48,518 bases of DNA, from positions 1-48,518 of IMG/VR virus record IMGVR_UViG_3300023076_000004; one strand, 5' to 3'. Below, piece by piece: positions 15,912-24,710 of this stretch; position 1 is the stretch's first letter, and every line of letters starts with the position of its first letter. The stretch comes from a virus (taxonomy: Duplodnaviria; Caudoviricetes). Under the pieces are notes generated by a model that saw nothing but the letters and a program-made list of their open reading frames with translations, was not told the origin of the DNA and did not search any database. A program made the position numbers and the translations under genes.

Positions 15912-16010
15912 TGGTAAACTCTACCATGTACGCGACGGTAATCTTTCGGTTATCGTCTATTCCCATGACGCCCTAGCGGTAATCGGTAGGGCTTACGATT
16001 ACGTCTATGG
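15912..16010 (+). promoter_or_regulatory. possible extended -10 promoter and structured leader of the replication operon
   Basis: TGG-TAAACT at 15912-15920; hairpins at 15934-15957 and 15963-16010. Confidence 0.45.
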
Positions 16011-16047
16011 CGGTCGAACTACAATCTAAAATGAAAGGTGTAAAATT

Positions 16048-16614
16048 ATGTCTTTGGATTTATATAGCCAGATAGAAACGCTAAGTAAGATTTCCGTAAT
16101 ATTGGAAAGCTTTAGCCGTGCAAATTTTAAGGCTCCGCAACTTGAAACCGCAGCTAGTAAACTTTGCCAGCAAATAAACATTTTCGTGGGCGAAGGAGAA
16201 AGCTGCGTTTCATTCACCGAGGGCGATAAAACGGTAATCGATTTAACGCAAGCCGGTACGGTAGAAAGCAAACAGGCCGTTAAAAAAGAAACCGCACCAA
16301 AGGCTACCCCTAAAAAAGTAACAGCGGCAGCTATCATTGACGATAAGCCGGAAGTAAAAATTGAAGAACCCGCGCTCGAAGTTGAAGAGGAAGTTTCCTT
16401 AACCGACGACGAGCCCGAAGAGTCTTTAACCGGCGAAACTATCGACTACGTTGAATTGCGTACCGAATGCCGTGCGTTGATTAATAGCGCTGTAGACCGC
16501 GTAGGCAAGCCCGCTGTAGTTGCCATCCTGGATTATATTCACGCTAAAAGCTTGAAGGACGTGAAAGACACTTTACTTCCATGGTTGCGCACTAAGCTTA
16601 CCGAAGCAAAGTAA
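16048..16614 (+). CDS. hypothetical protein typical of the slot upstream of DUF2800 in APSE-like modules
   Basis: Low-complexity E/K/P linker plus C-terminal helical domain; gene position. Confidence 0.75.
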   Translation: MSLDLYSQIETLSKISVILESFSRANFKAPQLETAASKLCQQINIFVGEGESCVSFTEGDKTVIDLTQAGTVESKQAVKKETAPKATPKKVTAAAIIDDKPEVKIEEPALEVEEEVSLTDDEPEESLTGETIDYVELRTECRALINSAVDRVGKPAVVAILDYIHAKSLKDVKDTLLPWLRTKLTEAK

Positions 16615-16641
16615 TCCCTTAACCGCAACCAGGAAATAATT

Positions 16642-17961
16642 ATGGCTCAACACGCCAAGTTATCGCCAAGCGCTTCGCACCGTTGGCTTTATTGCCACGG
16701 TAGCTTAGCGCTTGAGCAGCAGTTTAAAGACAGCGGAAATAGCGAATTCGCTGCCGAGGGAAGCGCTGCGCACTTGGTCGGGGAAACCTGCTTGGGTGAG
16801 GGTATCAGTGCTTACGATTTAATTGGCCGAATCATTCACGTTGATGACAGCGGCGCAGACTTTTACTCGACGCGAACCTTTACGGAGCCCTGCTACAAGT
16901 ACGTAGTCGATGATGAAATGGCCATGTATGTGCAGTACGGCTACGTTAATCCGGTAAAGGAAATTGTCGGCAATGACTTTCAATTTTTTGAAGTGGAAAA
17001 CCGCGTTGACTTCTCGGCTATCGTAAACCTTGATGGTCAGTTTGGTACAAGTGACGTTATTGCGGTAACCAAAGACGGCGAGCTTCAAATTCACGACTTG
17101 AAGTATGGGCGCGGCGAAATCTGTTACGCAACCAAAAATAGTCAGTTGATGCTTTACGCTTTAGGTACACTCGAAAAGTTCGAATTAATGTATGACATAA
17201 TGTCCGTTCGCGTTTTTATCCACCAACCGCGCTTAGAGCATTTTTCGGAATGGGGTTGTAGCCTCGAAGAGCTTAGGGCGTTCGGTGAGTTTGCCAAAGA
17301 GCAAGCCGCTAAAACCATTGAGCTAATTGACGTAATCAACTTGCACGGCGAAAAGAATGCGCTTCAACACATTCCGCTTGAAGCTTACAGCCCAGGTGAT
17401 AAAGAATGCCGTTGGTGTAAAGCGAAAGCTATTTGCCCTGCGCTTGCGGATTTCGTTAAGAAGACTATCGATTGCGACTTCGAAGTCATTGAAGACGTAA
17501 GCATAGACTTTAAGCCGCTGCCGGTAGATGAACTCAGCATCAAGATGCAAGCCTGTGACCTCATAGAAATATGGATACACGGCGTGCGGGCTGAAGTTGA
17601 AAGGCGTTTGTTTGAAGGTATCCACGTCCCTAAATGGAAACTGGTTAAAGGTAGGAAGGGTGCGCGATATTGGACGGTCGAAGTACCCGACGTTGAAAAG
17701 GCTTTGAAGAAAGCGAAACTAAAAACGGATCAAATATACACCAAGAAAATTATTTCTCCGTCACAAGTTGAGCTCCTTAAAAAAGCCGGCCTTGTTACTC
17801 CTAAAGCGTGGATTGCGCTTAATGCGGTAATAGACCAGAATGACGGTAAGCCTTCAGTTGCTCCCGAATATGACAAGCGTGAGGCTTTAGTATTGGAGAA
17901 TGCTGCGGCTGATGATTTTGACACCGTAGACAGCAAAGACGATTTTGACTTAGCTGAATAA
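16642..17961 (+). CDS. DUF2800 PD-(D/E)XK (Cas4-like) nuclease
   Basis: HAKLSPSASHRWL.C.GS, FGTSD, IHDLKYG.G, NSQLMLYALG, IHQPR, CRWCKAK..CPA. Confidence 0.92.
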   Translation: MAQHAKLSPSASHRWLYCHGSLALEQQFKDSGNSEFAAEGSAAHLVGETCLGEGISAYDLIGRIIHVDDSGADFYSTRTFTEPCYKYVVDDEMAMYVQYGYVNPVKEIVGNDFQFFEVENRVDFSAIVNLDGQFGTSDVIAVTKDGELQIHDLKYGRGEICYATKNSQLMLYALGTLEKFELMYDIMSVRVFIHQPRLEHFSEWGCSLEELRAFGEFAKEQAAKTIELIDVINLHGEKNALQHIPLEAYSPGDKECRWCKAKAICPALADFVKKTIDCDFEVIEDVSIDFKPLPVDELSIKMQACDLIEIWIHGVRAEVERRLFEGIHVPKWKLVKGRKGARYWTVEVPDVEKALKKAKLKTDQIYTKKIISPSQVELLKKAGLVTPKAWIALNAVIDQNDGKPSVAPEYDKREALVLENAAADDFDTVDSKDDFDLAE

Positions 17962-17974
17962 AAGAGCAAGACAA

Positions 17975-18026
17975 CCTTTGCAGTGCGTTAACCCGCCGTT
18001 GCTGCAAAGGACTAAATTATAGCGGG
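17975..18026 (+). promoter_or_regulatory. H-type RNA pseudoknot in the SSB gene leader
   Basis: Stem 1 CCUUUGCAG(UGCG)/(CGUUG)CUGCAAAGG; loop CCCGC (17992-17996) pairs with GCGGG (18022-18026). Confidence 0.65.
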
Positions 18027-18048
18027 CCAAAAGTTGAGTAAAATTGAA

Positions 18049-18624
18049 ATGACTACAAAAGTAAAGTTAGTAAACGCACGTTTGTTTTTCCCTCGCTTGT
18101 TCACCGCTGAACAATACCAAAATCAAGGCGCGTTTAACTACAGCGCAAAGTTTGGTATTGAACCTGGTAGCGATACCCACAAAGCTGTTCTAGCAGCCAT
18201 CGAAGAGGAAGGCGTTAAGACCTTCGAAAAGAAATGGCCGGCGCTTAAAGAAATGTTCAAGAACGATAAAAAGTCTTACCCCTATTTCGACGGCGCAACC
18301 GTTGACTTCGAAGGCGCAGACGGCTTATTCATTCTAACCGGCAAGCGTAAAAAAGAAGCCGGTCCGGTTGTTGTGTTGGATCGTAACAAGCAAGACGTTA
18401 CCGAAGAACAGGGTCTCATCTATTCAGGCTGCTACGTTCATGGCAGTATCGAAATCTGGGGCCAGAACTCTCCAAAAGGTAAAGGCATTCGCTGTACTCT
18501 TCGCGGTGTGCAATTCAGTAAAGATGGCGATTCATTTGGTGGCGGAGGTCGTGCGTCTAAAGATGAATTCGACGATCTTTCTGCAGACGACGCTAGCTTT
18601 GATGACGATGATTTGTCAAACTAA
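18049..18624 (+). CDS. DUF2815 single-stranded DNA-binding protein
   Basis: RL.FP.LF, YSGCYV, GI...L.GVQF.KDGD.FGGG, acidic tail; ATG 18049 preferred over TTG 18034. Confidence 0.92.
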   Translation: MTTKVKLVNARLFFPRLFTAEQYQNQGAFNYSAKFGIEPGSDTHKAVLAAIEEEGVKTFEKKWPALKEMFKNDKKSYPYFDGATVDFEGADGLFILTGKRKKEAGPVVVLDRNKQDVTEEQGLIYSGCYVHGSIEIWGQNSPKGKGIRCTLRGVQFSKDGDSFGGGGRASKDEFDDLSADDASFDDDDLSN

Positions 18625-18651
18625 GCAAGCACCTAGGGCGTGAGCCCTCTT

Positions 18652-18677
18652 GGCCTCCTAATTAGGAGGCCGTTTTT
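18652..18677 (+). terminator. intrinsic terminator after the SSB gene
   Basis: GGCCTCCTAATTAGGAGGCC followed by GTTTTT. Confidence 0.75.
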
Positions 18678-18720
18678 ATAAGTGCATTTTACCAAGTGGT
18701 TTTATAAAAATTAAAGCAAG

Positions 18721-20859
18721 GTGCAATTAATGACAACTCTTTGGCTAGACTGCGAAACCTTTTCAACAACCCCGATTAAAAACGGCACGAACGTTTATGC
18801 CGAAAATTCAGAAGTTATGATAATTACCTACGCCATAGACGACGCGCCGGTAGTAACCATTGATCTTACTGAAGAGAATTTATTAACCGGTAAACCCTAT
18901 AACCGCGAAGCTAACCTATTCGATTACTTTACGCCCGAATTGATAGAAGCACTAGAAGACCCGGGCGTAATCGTATACGCCCAAAACGCTTATTTCGACC
19001 GTAGCGTATTTCGCGAGAACGGGTATGAGATAACCCGCGAGCGCTGGCGCGACTCCATGGTGCAAGCGCTAGCGCACGCGCTACCGGCTGGCCTTGCCGA
19101 ATTGTGCGACGTCTTAGGCGTATCGGCTGGTGACGCCAAGGACAAAGAAGGCCGCTCTTATATTTTGCTTTTCTGTAAGCCAAACAAAGACGGCACGCGC
19201 AACACCCGCCATACGCACCCTATTCAATGGAAAGGCTTTCTAAAATATGCGGGTAGCGATATTACCGCGATGCGAGCCTGTGTTAAGAAAATGCCGACGG
19301 TTAACTATTCAGGGCAAGAGCTTGCGCTATGGCACTTGGACCAAAAGATCAATGATCGCGGCGTATTGATGGACGTTGAACTAGCACGTGGCGCTATTAC
19401 CGCCGTAGAAGCCGAGAAGGTAGGGCTAGCCCGTCGCACGCAGCAGATTACAGAAGAGCAGGTAAAGTCAGCCACTCAGCGTGACGCTATGCTTAAATTC
19501 ATCCTTGAAGCTTACGGCGTCGAGCTTCCCGATATGCGCAAGGCGACTTTGGAGCGTCGAATAGAAGACCCAGACTTACCACTTGAGTTACGCGAGCTTC
19601 TAGCCATTCGTTTGCAGTCTACGGGCACGAGTATCGGCAAATACCGCACACTGGTTAAGGCCGTGAATAAGGATCAGCGCTTACGTGGCACATTGCAGTT
19701 CTGCGGGGCTTCCAGAACAGGCCGGTGGTCGGGGCGTTTATTCCAGCCGCAAAACATGCCGCGCCCGACAATGAAACAAAAGCAGATTGAAATTGCCATT
19801 CATGCTTTTAAAAGCGGATGCGCGGACTTGCTAACGGATAATGTAACGGAGTTGGCTAGTAACGCGGTTCGCGGGACTATGATTGCGCCACCTGGTAAGA
19901 AGCTGGTCATTACCGACTTATCAAATATTGAAGGCCGTATACAAGCATGGGTAGCGGGCGAACTATGGAAGCTAAAAGCGTTTACCGCTTACGACACTAT
20001 TTTAGATTACGACTCCAAAGGTAAGGCAATTCGCGGCGGCCCTGACCTGTATAAATTAGCGTTCGCGAAAGCGTTCGGTTTTGATGTTGACGACGTAGAC
20101 GACGACCAGCGGCAAATAGGTAAAGTGTTGGAGCTTTCAATGGGCTACCAAGGCGGCGTAGGCGCGTTCCTTACCTTCGCCCTCGCTTACGGCCTTGATC
20201 TTGAAGCAATGGCCGAGGGCATTCTAGCCAATACGCCGCACGAAGTTTTAGAAACCGCTAAGGGTATGCTTACGTGGACCAAGAAAAAACGCCGGTCGAC
20301 GTTTGGGCTATCTGATACGGCTTGGCTCGCTTGCGAATCCTTAAAAACCGCATGGCGTTTAGCACACCCGAACATCGTTAAATATTGGGCGGATACCGAA
20401 GAAACTATACGCCGCGCTATTTTGAATCCAAACGTAACTTACGACTGCGGACCGCTGAAAATACGTCGTCAAAAAGCATGGCTCTATATTCGTCTGCCGT
20501 CCGGGCGTTGCCTGTGCTATCCAGGTATTGCGCTTGATGACAGTAACGCAATTAGCTACATGGGTAAAAACCAATACACGCGTAAATGGCAACGCATTCG
20601 CAGCTATGCCGGTAAGTTCTTTGAAAATGAGATTCAGGGTATTGCACGGGATATTATGGCCTATAACATGCCGGATATTGAGAATTCAGGATACGACATT
20701 CTTTTGACCGTGCACGATGAAATTATTACTGAAGCTCCAGACTTTGAAGACTACAACGCACTAGACCTTTCTACCCGTTTGGCGGCGCACAAACCATGGT
20801 CTAAGGGTTTGCCCTTAGCTTCTGCGGGTTTTGAAGCAAAAAGGTACAGGAAGGGTTAA
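18721..20859 (+). CDS. DNA polymerase family A with 3'-5' exonuclease (APSE/SPO2-like); start may be ATG 18730
   Basis: Exo I LWLDCET; TGRWSG; motif A DLSNIEGR; motif B RQIGKVLELSMGYQ; motif C VHDE. Confidence 0.95.
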   Translation: MQLMTTLWLDCETFSTTPIKNGTNVYAENSEVMIITYAIDDAPVVTIDLTEENLLTGKPYNREANLFDYFTPELIEALEDPGVIVYAQNAYFDRSVFRENGYEITRERWRDSMVQALAHALPAGLAELCDVLGVSAGDAKDKEGRSYILLFCKPNKDGTRNTRHTHPIQWKGFLKYAGSDITAMRACVKKMPTVNYSGQELALWHLDQKINDRGVLMDVELARGAITAVEAEKVGLARRTQQITEEQVKSATQRDAMLKFILEAYGVELPDMRKATLERRIEDPDLPLELRELLAIRLQSTGTSIGKYRTLVKAVNKDQRLRGTLQFCGASRTGRWSGRLFQPQNMPRPTMKQKQIEIAIHAFKSGCADLLTDNVTELASNAVRGTMIAPPGKKLVITDLSNIEGRIQAWVAGELWKLKAFTAYDTILDYDSKGKAIRGGPDLYKLAFAKAFGFDVDDVDDDQRQIGKVLELSMGYQGGVGAFLTFALAYGLDLEAMAEGILANTPHEVLETAKGMLTWTKKKRRSTFGLSDTAWLACESLKTAWRLAHPNIVKYWADTEETIRRAILNPNVTYDCGPLKIRRQKAWLYIRLPSGRCLCYPGIALDDSNAISYMGKNQYTRKWQRIRSYAGKFFENEIQGIARDIMAYNMPDIENSGYDILLTVHDEIITEAPDFEDYNALDLSTRLAAHKPWSKGLPLASAGFEAKRYRKG

Positions 20860-20861
20860 CC

Positions 20862-21875
20862 ATGAAAATTGATTACGGCGATATCTGCACGGGTATTTCA
20901 GCGGCTAGCGTAGCTTGGGGACCTTTGGGCTTTAAGCCTGCATGGTTTTCAGAAATAGAAAAATTTCCATGTGAAGTTTTAAAGCATCATTGGCCGCACG
21001 TTCCCAATTTAGGGTCTATGCTTAGCATCACAGATAAAATAGTTTTGGGCGGCGTAAAGCCTCCCTTAATTTTAGTAGGCGGCACGCCTTGCCAAGCTTT
21101 TAGCATTGCCGGTAAGCAGCTCGGATTAGATGACGAACGCGGGCAGCTTACGCTAGCCTACGTTGACATAATGAACGCTATTGATAATGAACGAGGTGAA
21201 GGCGATGAATGCGTGTGCGTGTGGGAAAATGTGCCCGGAGTGCTTAGCGACAAAGGTAACGCCTTCGGCTACTTTCTGGCAAAGCTTGCCGGTGAAGATA
21301 GCCCGCTCGTCGCTCCAGGGCCGAAGTGGTCAAACGCTGGTTGTGTGTTTGGACCCCAAAGGTCAATCGCTTGGCGGGTCATGGATGCCCAATATTTCGG
21401 AGTGGCCCAACGCCGCCGCCGTGTCTTTCTTGTCGCAAGTGCTCGAAAAGGATTCGATCCAACCAAAGTATTATTTGAGTTCGAAGGCGTGCGCAGGGAT
21501 TTTAAACCGAGGCATACGGACCAAACGGCAATCGATACCGGAAGCACTACGCCGCGCGCTTTTGATATGCTCGGCTTCGGGCAATATGGAAACGGCACAA
21601 CCGCCAACACTTTAAAAGCGCGGGATTATAAAGACGCCACTTTGCTGTGCTTACAAGACGGTAGAGTTAGAAAACTTTTGCCGAAAGAATACGCACGCTT
21701 ACAAGGATTTCCTGATAACCATTGCGCATTAGGGACAGACGCCGAACAATACAAAGCTTACGGTAATTCAATGGCCGTGCCTTGCATGGCTTGGATAGGT
21801 AAGCGCTTAAAACAGGAATTAGGAAAGAATGCCAAAACAAGCCCGCGAAAGCGTCATAGAAAAGTATCTGGTTAG
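20862..21875 (+). CDS. DNA (cytosine-5) methyltransferase
   Basis: GGTPCQAFS, WENVPG, QRRRRVFLV, RLQGFPD, YGNSM motifs. Confidence 0.93.
   Translation: MKIDYGDICTGISAASVAWGPLGFKPAWFSEIEKFPCEVLKHHWPHVPNLGSMLSITDKIVLGGVKPPLILVGGTPCQAFSIAGKQLGLDDERGQLTLAYVDIMNAIDNERGEGDECVCVWENVPGVLSDKGNAFGYFLAKLAGEDSPLVAPGPKWSNAGCVFGPQRSIAWRVMDAQYFGVAQRRRRVFLVASARKGFDPTKVLFEFEGVRRDFKPRHTDQTAIDTGSTTPRAFDMLGFGQYGNGTTANTLKARDYKDATLLCLQDGRVRKLLPKEYARLQGFPDNHCALGTDAEQYKAYGNSMAVPCMAWIGKRLKQELGKNAKTSPRKRHRKVSG
21181..21615 (+). CDS. nested alternative-frame ORF inside the methylase (EcoHK31I beta-like)
   Basis: SEWPNAAAVSFLSQVLE....PKYYLS.KACAGIL.R matches the recurrent out-of-frame peptide of phage C5-MTases; start uncertain. 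Confidence 0.55.
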   Translation: MIMNEVKAMNACACGKMCPECLATKVTPSATFWQSLPVKIARSSLQGRSGQTLVVCLDPKGQSLGGSWMPNISEWPNAAAVSFLSQVLEKDSIQPKYYLSSKACAGILNRGIRTKRQSIPEALRRALLICSASGNMETAQPPTL

Positions 21876-22155
21876 CCAAGTAAAACTAAAAGGCGGCGAG
21901 ATACGAAAAGTAAAATGGATTGCGAGGGACAAAGCCCCCGACCGTTTCATAATGTTACCTGTCTATGAGACTTCAGGCGTTAGCTTTTACGCTGAAATAA
22001 AAGAAGAGGGCGGGCATTTAGTGTTCCCAAAGAACGCACACGAAGAGGCCCAACACCGCGAACATGAACGAATGCGCCGCTGCGGTTTGCGTGTTGAAGT
22101 GATTGGAAGTAAAGAACAGGTAGACGAAATTTTAAGGGGTATTTATGAAAATTGA
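21829..22155 (+). CDS. VRR-NUC domain nuclease
   Basis: RES.IE.YL...VK..GG...K.....APDR...EIK...Q.REH..M...G..V.V. Confidence 0.9.
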   Translation: MPKQARESVIEKYLVSQVKLKGGEIRKVKWIARDKAPDRFIMLPVYETSGVSFYAEIKEEGGHLVFPKNAHEEAQHREHERMRRCGLRVEVIGSKEQVDEILRGIYEN

Positions 22156-22321
22156 AGAACTATCCAAAGCTGTTTACCGCTTCTCTAACGATAGCCGCCC
22201 AATGCTTTGCTTGCATGATCATAAGCTACAAGGCACGGGCGGTGTGTTTTATCAATCCGTCGGTTTGCTGCAATGTTCAATCTGCTACGGCTGGCAACCA
22301 ATACGCAAGGCTATCGCATGA
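22145..22321 (+). CDS. small hypothetical protein (58 aa, not in ORF track)
   Basis: AGGGG SD; CLH...CSIC; ATGA overlap with the helicase start at 22318. Confidence 0.55.
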   Translation: MKIEELSKAVYRFSNDSRPMLCLHDHKLQGTGGVFYQSVGLLQCSICYGWQPIRKAIA

Positions 22322-23700
22322 CCCGTAAAATATTTGTACCCGGTAAACACCAGCAGGAAATAATTACGTACGAACGCGACCATAAACGCCTAGCCATTTG
22401 GGCCGGTATGGGAATGGGTAAGACGTCCAGCACGCTGAACGCTATCAACCATTTGCAATTGCACGAAGAAAGTTTAACGCTGGTCTTAGCACCTTTACGC
22501 GTCGCGCAATCTACGTGGCCAGACGAGGCGCTTAAGTGGGAAAACCTGCGCGATATTGAAGTATCTGCGGTTGTCGGTGATCCAAAAGAAAGAGCTGCCG
22601 CACTGAAGAAACCGGCCAATGTATTCACAACCAATTACGAAAATCTACCGTGGCTAATTGAGCACCTAGGCAAGAAAAAATGGCCCTTCAAAAATATTGT
22701 TGCAGATGAAAGCACCAAGCTTAAATCGTTTCGCTTGCGGCAAGGCGGCAAGCGTGCGGCAGCTTTAGCCAAAGTAGCGCACGATAATACCGACCGATTT
22801 ATAGAGCTTACCGGTACACCGAGTCCGAACGGGCTTGTTGATCTATGGGGGCAAGTCTGGTTTCTGGATAGGGGCTTGCGCTTGGGGCGTACCTATACCG
22901 GATTTGAAGAACGCTGGTTTAGACCCGACTTTGGCGACTTCAATTCGGTAAAACCTTTCGCGCATTCGCAAAAGGAAATCCAGGATAAAGTAAAAGATAT
23001 TTGCTTTAGCCTCGACGCTAAGGACTATTTCGATATTGATGAACCTATAAAAACGTCGGTTATGGTGGACATGCCTACGAAGGCAAGAGCTATTTACGAC
23101 AAGATGAAAAAGGAAGCTTTCATAGAAATAATGGAAAATGAAGTGGAAGCCTTCAACGCAGCAAGCAAAACTATGAAGCTTGTGCAGTTGGTCAACGGCG
23201 CAATCTACGTGGACGAAGAACACAACTGGATAGAAACCCACGACGCCAAGCTGCAAGCTTTAGAGAGTATTGCGGAGGAGGCAGCGGGAATGCCCTTGCT
23301 CGTGGCTTACCACTTCAAAAGCGATTTGGCGCGGCTTAAGAAAGCTTTCCCTAAAGGCAGGGAGCTTGATAAAGACCCGCAAACGATTAAGGATTGGAAC
23401 GCAGGCAAAATCCCTATGCTGTTCGCTCATCCAATGAGTGCAGGCCATGGGCTTAACCTTCAAGACGGTTCTAATATCGTGGTGTTTTTCTCGTTGTGGT
23501 GGAATCTTGAAGAGCATTTGCAAATTATTGAACGTGTTGGACCCATGCGCCAAAAGCAATCCGGCCATAATCGTGCGGTATTTATTTACTACATACGCGT
23601 GCGCGATTCGATAGATGATTTACTGATGGAAAGGATTGAAACTAAACGCAGGGTGCAAGATATTTTACTTGATGCAACTAAAAACTTATTTGGAGCTTAA
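22318..23700 (+). CDS. SNF2/DEAD-like helicase
   Basis: MGMGKT, APLRVA, DEST, LTGTP, SAGHGLNLQ, QIIER; ATG 22318 preferred. Confidence 0.93.
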   Translation: MTRKIFVPGKHQQEIITYERDHKRLAIWAGMGMGKTSSTLNAINHLQLHEESLTLVLAPLRVAQSTWPDEALKWENLRDIEVSAVVGDPKERAAALKKPANVFTTNYENLPWLIEHLGKKKWPFKNIVADESTKLKSFRLRQGGKRAAALAKVAHDNTDRFIELTGTPSPNGLVDLWGQVWFLDRGLRLGRTYTGFEERWFRPDFGDFNSVKPFAHSQKEIQDKVKDICFSLDAKDYFDIDEPIKTSVMVDMPTKARAIYDKMKKEAFIEIMENEVEAFNAASKTMKLVQLVNGAIYVDEEHNWIETHDAKLQALESIAEEAAGMPLLVAYHFKSDLARLKKAFPKGRELDKDPQTIKDWNAGKIPMLFAHPMSAGHGLNLQDGSNIVVFFSLWWNLEEHLQIIERVGPMRQKQSGHNRAVFIYYIRVRDSIDDLLMERIETKRRVQDILLDATKNLFGA

Positions 23701-23703
23701 ACC

Positions 23704-24360
23704 ATGGTACACGATACACGCACGCAAGACGAAAGAGACGCTCAAGCGCTTAAAGAATTAAACAAAGCTTTCGAAAAAGCGGATACGGAAAGCTTTAAAA
23801 ATAGATACGAGCATGAGAAGGCCATGATAGGCGGTATACCAGTTACAGTAACTGAATGTTTGCCGGATGGCGTTGGCATGATAGTAGCCGCAAGACCGCT
23901 AGACGAAAGGGTTGAAAAAATCGGTATTACTAAAGCGGCTATGAAAAAATCCGACGCGATAATTAATGAGATTAATACCAAAGACACAAACCCAAAAGAT
24001 TTAGTCGGCCAAACAAAGCTTCAAACGTGGCTCGTGCCGCCGTCCGCTAAAATCGCTTTAGCCGAAGCGCTTACCGATGGTGCTAATAAGTACGGACCCT
24101 TTAACTGGCGTGAAAAAGGCGTGCGTGCAACGGTATACATTGCCGCTGCAGAACGTCACGTAATGTCTTTTCTCGACGGCGAAGACTTAGCCGAAGATTC
24201 TGGCGTACATCATCTTGCTCATGCAATGGCGTGTTTTGCCATATTGTTAGATGCAATCGCACAGGGTAATATAGTGGATGACCGCCCAATTAAAGGCGCT
24301 TCCCCCGCATTGCTGAAAGCAATCCACCTTAAGAACGAAGAGAAGAACAAGGCAAAATAA
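23704..24360 (+). CDS. dATP/dGTP diphosphohydrolase domain protein (DUF5664-like)
   Basis: TNPKD..G..K, GA.KYG.FNWR, RH....DGED...DSGVHHLAHAMAC..IL.D. Confidence 0.88.
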   Translation: MVHDTRTQDERDAQALKELNKAFEKADTESFKNRYEHEKAMIGGIPVTVTECLPDGVGMIVAARPLDERVEKIGITKAAMKKSDAIINEINTKDTNPKDLVGQTKLQTWLVPPSAKIALAEALTDGANKYGPFNWREKGVRATVYIAAAERHVMSFLDGEDLAEDSGVHHLAHAMACFAILLDAIAQGNIVDDRPIKGASPALLKAIHLKNEEKNKAK

Positions 24361-24362
24361 CC

Positions 24363-24551
24363 ATGGCTGATGATTGTGATTACGCTAAAGAAGTAGAAGA
24401 AATGTCCCTTGCGCGTAACTTGGCGCAAGTGCTTAAACACAGTGAAATAAAGCCAGGTTGTGCGGGTGAATGTGAACGCTGCGGGGAAGAGTCAAAGCGC
24501 CTCATTAACCAAACGTGTGCGCCTTGCCGGGATCGTTACAAACTACCTTAA
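24363..24551 (+). CDS. TraR/DksA C4-type zinc finger protein
   Basis: MADDCD.A acidic tip; CERCG...CAPC. Confidence 0.8.
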   Translation: MADDCDYAKEVEEMSLARNLAQVLKHSEIKPGCAGECERCGEESKRLINQTCAPCRDRYKLP

Positions 24552-24561
24552 GAGGTATGTT

Positions 24562-24696
24562 ATGAAAGCAATACTGTTATGGCCTTTGTGGAACGCTTTC
24601 AAGTTTTGTTTGCTATTAACCATTGTGCTAGGGATAGGTATTGTAATGATGCTGCTATATTTAAAAGATCGCCTTACATTTAAAAAGCCCGCTTAA
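24562..24696 (+). CDS. small membrane protein (44 aa)
   Basis: GAGG SD; hydrophobic; last gene before the terminator. Confidence 0.5.
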   Translation: MKAILLWPLWNAFKFCLLLTIVLGIGIVMMLLYLKDRLTFKKPA

Positions 24697-24710
24697 ATGC
24701 GGGCTTTTTA
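24681..24710. terminator. bidirectional intrinsic terminator at the convergence of both arms
   Basis: TAAAAAGCCCGC-TTAAAT-GCGGGCTTTTTA perfect inverted repeat. Confidence 0.9.

Noticed and set aside
16642-17961. Cas4 as evidence of a CRISPR-Cas system
   Set aside because: It is the DUF2800 nuclease in its usual DUF2800-SSB-PolA replication context; there is no cas1 or cas2.
23704-24360. Complete 2-aminoadenine (dZ) genome pathway
   Set aside because: No PurZ or HD-domain DatZ was recognised in the window.
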